Source: an uncultured delta proteobacterium (GTDB lineage: Bacteria > Desulfobacterota > Binatia > UBA9968). From it: 64,000 nt of DNA. The stretch covers positions 192,001 through 256,000 of the forward strand of contig CAVUZH010000018.1 of NCBI GenBank assembly GCA_963745835.1, given 5' to 3'. Shown piece after piece: positions 58,798-64,000 of this stretch; position 1 is the first letter of the stretch; the number at the start of each line of letters is the position of its first letter. Under the pieces are notes generated by a model. That model was given only the letters and a program-made list of their open reading frames with translations, was not told the origin of the DNA and made no database searches. Position numbers and translations under genes: made by a program.

Positions 58798-59868
58798 ATG
58801 CTGACGAGAGTACGACTAACACTCGTTTTGTTGTTGATCGTGGCGCATGCCCCGGTGTTGCAGGGCGCACAAAGCCGGCCCGGGTCGGTTGCTGAGTTGG
58901 CTCTGTATCAAGGCTCGGATCGCGAAAGCATTCTTATTGAGGGGGCCAAGAAAGAAGGTCAACTCACCTTTTATACCTCAAACACCTGGGTCGCCGGACC
59001 CGTCTCGCAAGAATTTGAAAAAAAATATCCGTTTATCAAAGCCAATGTTTGGCGCAGCGATTCCAAGGCGTTGCTGAAACGCCTCACCGAAGAGCACGCT
59101 GCCGGTAAGTACCTCGCTGATGTCGTTGAAACCAGCCCCGAATACGTAAACCTATTGGTACGAGCTAGCTTGCTGCAGGATCACTTCTCGCCGGAGCTCA
59201 GCGCCTATGATGATGAAGCAAAAGTGAAGGGCAAAAGCGGCGTACTCGCATGGACCAATCGTGAGATTTATATCAGTTTGGGATACAACACCAACTTGGT
59301 TCCAGCTGCAGATGCGCCAAAGACGCTCAAGGATTATCTCGATCCTAAATGGAAGGGCAAGATGGCGATCGCCGGGACCACTACCGGTACCCAGTGGATC
59401 GGCGCTGTGTGGGACACCATGGGTCGGGAGTTTCTGGAAAAACTGAGCGCGCAGGAAATCAACGTGCAGAACATGTCCGGCGCTGCTCTTTCCGGTCTGG
59501 TAGCTTCGGGCGAAGTGCCGCTCTCGCCGACAATTTTCAATTCGAACATATTTACTCACAAGCAGAAGAGCGCCCCGGTCGAATGGCGGCCCATCGATCC
59601 GGTGATCGCCGGCGTGGGCAGCTCCGGCCTGATTGTCAACGCGCCGCACCCGCACGCTGCCTTGCTGTTTCTAGATTATCTTCATTCCAAACTGGGTCAG
59701 CAGGTCGCCATGAAGGGCGGTCTTAGCTCGGCGCGCAACGACATCGGATCGCTGGAGCAAAAGTTCAAAAAAATTTACATGGAGAGCAAATACACGCCCG
59801 AGGAAATGGAGAAAAAGTTCGAAGAATGGGAAGGACTCATGCGTAAGCTGTTCATCCGCAAGCGCTAG
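58798..59868 (+). CDS. Extracellular solute-binding protein (paralog 1 of 3)
   Basis: EGAKKEGQLTFYTS, FEKKYPF, GYNT, LDPKWKGK, APHPHAALLFLDY. Confidence 0.92.
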   Translation: MLTRVRLTLVLLLIVAHAPVLQGAQSRPGSVAELALYQGSDRESILIEGAKKEGQLTFYTSNTWVAGPVSQEFEKKYPFIKANVWRSDSKALLKRLTEEHAAGKYLADVVETSPEYVNLLVRASLLQDHFSPELSAYDDEAKVKGKSGVLAWTNREIYISLGYNTNLVPAADAPKTLKDYLDPKWKGKMAIAGTTTGTQWIGAVWDTMGREFLEKLSAQEINVQNMSGAALSGLVASGEVPLSPTIFNSNIFTHKQKSAPVEWRPIDPVIAGVGSSGLIVNAPHPHAALLFLDYLHSKLGQQVAMKGGLSSARNDIGSLEQKFKKIYMESKYTPEEMEKKFEEWEGLMRKLFIRKR

Positions 59869-59994
59869 GGCAGGCTGCTGAAAAAGCTCAGATGCTTCGT
59901 TGCGCTGGCCCGACTCGCTTCAACGTACTGAGGCGTACGCCTCAGCTCATCGAACTTCGCGCGCCTTGCCTCTGAGTCTTTTTGAGCAGCCTGC
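59865..59994 (+). mobile_element. MITE-like element, copy 4, starting at the TAG stop of the SBP gene
   Basis: CTAGGGCAGGCTGCTGAAAAA ... TTTTTGAGCAGCCTGC. Confidence 0.8.
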
Positions 59995-60021
59995 AAACAG
60001 AGGTTTTTGCACACTACCAGT

Positions 60022-60969
60022 ATGCCCATGGACTCTACGATCCTCATCACAGGCGCCAATGGATTCATTGGTTCCCACTTTACCCAACTTATGGAATCCC
60101 TCGGCAATAGAGTTGTTCCTGTCGACGTCTTGCCGCGCTCGGCGGATCTTTCATTGCTGGCGATCCAGACTCCAAGCCGCATCATGAATGTCACCGATGA
60201 AGAGCCCTTCCGGGAGCTCTGCCGGTTGGAACAGCCCACGCATATTTTTCATGCCGCGCATCCTCCGCGCGATGATAGCCCCGAAGTCCTCAATTTTTGC
60301 TATCGTGCGATGACCAACATCCTCGAAGCTGCCCGGGAACTGAAGGTCAAAAGCGTGGTGTACTCCAGTTCCGGGGCGCTTTATGGCCAGCTACGAAAAA
60401 AGGATCACACACCCATAAAAGAAGACGATCCTGTGACGATCTACCCGACTTATTTTTACCGCTCCGGCAAGATCATGTCGGAATGGATGGGTGACTTTTA
60501 CAAACAAAAGTTCGGAGTTCCTTTCGTCGCCTTGAGATACTCGTCGGTCTATGGCCCGGGACTCGCCAGAGGGATTCCGCTGGAGTTGAAGAAGGGTGTC
60601 CTGGGCCAGCCTTGCCGGCCCTACCTAACCCGCTTGCCCGATGATTTGATCTATATTGACGATGTGACCGATGCCGTGCGCCGCGCGCTCTTTACGGAAG
60701 AACCGTTGAGCCGCGCCTATAATATTGCCCTCAATCAGGCGTACGGCAACCAAGATCTCGAGGACTCGATCCGGAAAGCCTTGCCCGAGATCTCTTTTGA
60801 GATCGGCAAGCATCCGCATGCGGCGACTGTGGGAGCGCATCGCGATCGGGATCCGCTGGATATCACTCGCGCCAAGGAAGACCTCGATTGGACACCCACA
60901 ATTGATCTGGAAAACGGCATTGCGCGAATCGCCGCTTGGTTAAAGAGCCATGCTCATAGGCTGAAGTAA
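60022..60969 (+). CDS. NAD-dependent epimerase/dehydratase (extended SDR)
   Basis: ITGANGFIG, YSSSGALYG, YRSGK (YxxxK), LRYSSVYGPG. Confidence 0.92.
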   Translation: MPMDSTILITGANGFIGSHFTQLMESLGNRVVPVDVLPRSADLSLLAIQTPSRIMNVTDEEPFRELCRLEQPTHIFHAAHPPRDDSPEVLNFCYRAMTNILEAARELKVKSVVYSSSGALYGQLRKKDHTPIKEDDPVTIYPTYFYRSGKIMSEWMGDFYKQKFGVPFVALRYSSVYGPGLARGIPLELKKGVLGQPCRPYLTRLPDDLIYIDDVTDAVRRALFTEEPLSRAYNIALNQAYGNQDLEDSIRKALPEISFEIGKHPHAATVGAHRDRDPLDITRAKEDLDWTPTIDLENGIARIAAWLKSHAHRLK

Positions 60970-61012
60970 ACTCGCCACGACGCATCGCCATTATTCGGTC
61001 AGGAGGAAAAAA

Positions 61013-62116
61013 ATGACTGCCTTGCCAATGGCAAAGAACGCTACTGCGATTCGGTGGCTGTTTAAGGCTGGCCTTGTTCTGCTCATTCTCCTGGCAGTTA
61101 TGGAGCAATCAGACGCAGCCGGCAGATCGTTGACACCATCGGAGCTGTTCTTCTATCAGGGCGCGGATAGAGAACAGATTCTCCTCGAAGGAGCAAAAAA
61201 AGAAGGGCAGCTGGTTTTCTATAATTCCCATACCTGGTTTAAGTCCGTCGCGCAGGAGTTCGAGAAGAAATACCCCTTCGTGAAGGTCTCAGTCTGGCGC
61301 GCCGATGGCGCGGATGTAATGAAGAGAGTTTTGGAAGAAAGTCTAGCCGGCCGTTTCCTCGTTGACGTAGTCGAGAGCACCGAGGCCAACATCGGCGGTC
61401 TGCACAAACGACAACTGCTTCAGGAACACCACTCTCCCGAACTTCGTTTTTTTAAGGATGAAGTCCTAGGCAAGGGCAAGCGCGGAGTATTTTACTGGGC
61501 TGACCGGGAGACTTATATCAGCCTGGGCTTCAACACCAACCACGTATCTATTGAGGAAGCACCGAAGCGCACTCAGGACCTTCTCGACCCTAAGTTTAAA
61601 GGCAAGATCTCCTTCGCCGGCGGCGCCACGGCTGCAAGATGGGTAGGCGCCGCCATCGACACGCTGGGCAGGGATTTCATCGAAAAGCTGAGCCGCCAGG
61701 ATGTCACAGTCCATAAACTCTCCGGCGCCGCGCTCGCCAACCTGGTGGTGACAGGAGAAGTGCCGATTTCGCCGACAATCTTTGACTCCAACATGTTTGT
61801 TGCCAAGAACAAGGGCGCTCCGGTGGAATGGCGGCCGATGGAACCGGTTGTGGCTAACGTCGGTTACTCCAGCGTGGTCGCCAAGGCGCCGCGTCCACAT
61901 GCCGCTCTGCTCTTCATTGACTATCTCCATTCCAAGGAAGGTCAGCAGGTGGTGGTGAAAGGGGGTCTCAGCTCTCCTAGAGACGATGTTGACTCTCTGG
62001 TGCCACAGAAGTTCAAGAAGACCTATCTTGAAGCTAAATATCCTTTGGATGAATACGAAAAAAAGCTCGACGAGTGGGAAGATCTCATTCAACGGCTTTT
62101 TATCAGAAAAAGGTAA
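61013..62116 (+). CDS. Extracellular solute-binding protein (paralog 2 of 3)
   Basis: Same motifs as 58798..59868; ends LFIRKR. Confidence 0.92.
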   Translation: MTALPMAKNATAIRWLFKAGLVLLILLAVMEQSDAAGRSLTPSELFFYQGADREQILLEGAKKEGQLVFYNSHTWFKSVAQEFEKKYPFVKVSVWRADGADVMKRVLEESLAGRFLVDVVESTEANIGGLHKRQLLQEHHSPELRFFKDEVLGKGKRGVFYWADRETYISLGFNTNHVSIEEAPKRTQDLLDPKFKGKISFAGGATAARWVGAAIDTLGRDFIEKLSRQDVTVHKLSGAALANLVVTGEVPISPTIFDSNMFVAKNKGAPVEWRPMEPVVANVGYSSVVAKAPRPHAALLFIDYLHSKEGQQVVVKGGLSSPRDDVDSLVPQKFKKTYLEAKYPLDEYEKKLDEWEDLIQRLFIRKR

Positions 62117-62135
62117 GTTCTAGGGGGAGGCAACC

Positions 62136-63215
62136 ATGTCCCTGAAGCGATCCAATCGCCGGGCCGGGGTTCCACTTATCGCTGCCATCTGCTTACTTAC
62201 GACGGTCAACGTATTTGCGGCGAGCGCGCCGATGTCGGATGCACAGATCGCCCTCTATCAGGGTATGGATAGAGAAAAAATGCTCATCGAGGGAGCGAAG
62301 CGAGAAGGGCAGCTCACCTTTTACAACTCACATACCTGGTTTCGAAGTTACGTCAAAGAATTCGAGAAAAAGTATCCTTTCATCAAGGTCGCAGAGTGGC
62401 GCAGCGATTCAAAGAATCTGCTCAGCCGAGCAATGGCAGAGTTCGGTTCTACTCGTTCTTTAGTGGATGTCATTGAAACTACCGCTGAAGCCATGGGCGT
62501 GATGAAACGGAACGGCATGTTTCAGGAGTATTTTACTCCAGAGGCGCGTTACTATCCCGACGATGTCAAAGTAAAAGGCAAGAGCGGAGTCTACTATCTT
62601 GGCGATCGCGAGACGTATAACAGCTTAGGCTTCAACACCAACCTCATTGCTGCGAACGAGGCGCCGAAGACGCTTAACGATCTGCTCGATCCAAAGTGGA
62701 AGGGGAAAATGGCCATTGCCGGAACATCCACCGGCGTGAGATGGGTTGGTAGCACACTGGATACGCTGGGCCGTGAGTTTCTGAACAAAATGGCCGCACA
62801 GGAGTTAACGGTGCAAAATATGTCCGGGGCGGCGTTGGCGGGTTTGGTAGCATCCGGAGAAGTTCCGTTATCGCCCACGATCTTCGACGCCGATGTGACT
62901 GTTGCAAAGCAAAAAAATGCGCCAATCCAATGGCGTGCTCTCGATCCCGTCGTCACCACGGTCGGCTATTCCGGTTTATCGTCCAAAGCCTCTCATCCAC
63001 ATTCGGCTTTGCTCTTTCTTGACTACCTGCATGGCAAGGAGGGACAGCAGCTAATGATGAAAGGCGGCCTTTGGTCGCCTCGCGATGACACTGGATCTTT
63101 GGATCAGAAGTTTGAGAAACTCTACCTTGACAGCAAATACTCGCTCGAAGAGCTCGAAAAGAAGCTCGTCGAATGGGAAAATTTGATGCGTCAACTTTTT
63201 GTTCGAAGAAAGTAG
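62136..63215 (+). CDS. Extracellular solute-binding protein (paralog 3 of 3)
   Basis: Same motifs; ends LFVRRK. Confidence 0.92.
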   Translation: MSLKRSNRRAGVPLIAAICLLTTVNVFAASAPMSDAQIALYQGMDREKMLIEGAKREGQLTFYNSHTWFRSYVKEFEKKYPFIKVAEWRSDSKNLLSRAMAEFGSTRSLVDVIETTAEAMGVMKRNGMFQEYFTPEARYYPDDVKVKGKSGVYYLGDRETYNSLGFNTNLIAANEAPKTLNDLLDPKWKGKMAIAGTSTGVRWVGSTLDTLGREFLNKMAAQELTVQNMSGAALAGLVASGEVPLSPTIFDADVTVAKQKNAPIQWRALDPVVTTVGYSGLSSKASHPHSALLFLDYLHGKEGQQLMMKGGLWSPRDDTGSLDQKFEKLYLDSKYSLEELEKKLVEWENLMRQLFVRRK

Positions 63216-63369
63216 ATGTCGATCGGGTTGTGCGGCAGCCAGCCGCGCTGCGTGCATTGGTCGGTAGCTCAGAGTAGGCCGGATCTCGTTATATCAGACA
63301 CTGTTGACTCCGATTTAGAAGCAACTTATGGCTAAATGATGCTGCAATTTACAAGGAGGAATGCTCTCG

Positions 63370-64000
63370 ATGAAATCACGGCATTCACCGCATCCTGATT
63401 TGATTCTGCACAGCGGCAAGATTCGTACTCTTGCCGGCAATGGTTCGATCTGTGAGGCGCTCGCTTGTGCCGGCGGGCGCATCGTTGCCATTGGGTCATC
63501 TGACGAGATTCGACGACTTGCCGGACCCGACACCGAATCTTTCGATCTCAAGGGCAGAACTGCCATCCCTGGATTGACGGATACGCACGTTCATCTTTCA
63601 GAGAAGGGCACCGCCGAAATGGAGCTGGTGGATTGCCGCGATTTTTACGTGGATGTGAACTCCGTCTCTGATATTTTGCAGCGGCTTGCCAATGCCGCCG
63701 CCGGCGCTCCGAAGGGCTCCTGGATCGTCGCCCATGGCAGTCCGATGCAAGACTTCCGCATCGAAGACAAACGCTTTCCCAACCGGCATGATCTTGATCG
63801 CGTCGTGCCCGATAATCCGGTTTCCATTTCTTTCGGCGCGCATGTCACTATCGCTAACACGCCGGCTCTGGCGGCGGCGAAGATTACACGCGATACCGCG
63901 GATCCCGCCGGCGGCCACATCAGGCATGATCCGCAAACCGGAGAGCCCACCGGCGAATTGCACGAGCGGGCGCAATTGATTGTCAAAAAAGTGGCGCCGG
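63370..64000 (+). CDS. Amidohydrolase 3 family protein, N-terminal part (runs off window)
   Basis: RBS AAGGAGG; PDLILHSGKI..GRIVAIG..DLKGRTAIPGLTDTHVH..GEPTGELHE. Confidence 0.9.
   Translation, partial: MKSRHSPHPDLILHSGKIRTLAGNGSICEALACAGGRIVAIGSSDEIRRLAGPDTESFDLKGRTAIPGLTDTHVHLSEKGTAEMELVDCRDFYVDVNSVSDILQRLANAAAGAPKGSWIVAHGSPMQDFRIEDKRFPNRHDLDRVVPDNPVSISFGAHVTIANTPALAAAKITRDTADPAGGHIRHDPQTGEPTGELHERAQLIVKKVAP

Overview
GC-rich bacterial chromosome segment. The expanded orphan substrate-binding proteins (SBPs), LLM and F420-type oxidoreductases and intergenic repeat families suggest a Deltaproteobacteria-like lineage such as Ca. Binatia, but this is inference only. Layout: (1) 1-11113, complex I operon nuoD(3')-E-F-G-H-J-K-L-M-N with no nuoI. 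(2) 11-16.8 kb, miscellaneous genes. (3) About 16.9-29.4 kb, an accessory hot spot holding an aspartyl protease plus a REase/NDT-like fusion, Phd-VapC, BrnTA remnants, an HNH nuclease, a RAYT-like transposase pseudogene and a 4.1-kb GT2/SGNH island. These are separated by duplicated 3' ends of genes that differ mostly at synonymous sites. (4) 29-50 kb, catabolic clusters: a Rieske oxygenase/Pht5-like/RidA operon and an LLM plus Mo-hydroxylase operon. (5) ptsP, then a compact operon under a palindromic operator: a BoxB-like diiron protein, a thioredoxin-like [2Fe-2S] ferredoxin and a stand-alone NuoF-like flavoprotein. This is the best candidate for an undescribed enzyme system. (6) A deacetylase/hydrolase/SBP cluster. 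Non-coding features include four copies of a ~125-bp MITE-like element (three starting at TAG stops), several inverted short-tandem-repeat elements and an unidentified ~150-nt structured RNA candidate. Single-base frameshifts in essential nuo genes point to uncorrected sequencing indels, so single-frameshift pseudogene calls are unsafe. All family assignments come from motif recognition by eye; no searches were run.
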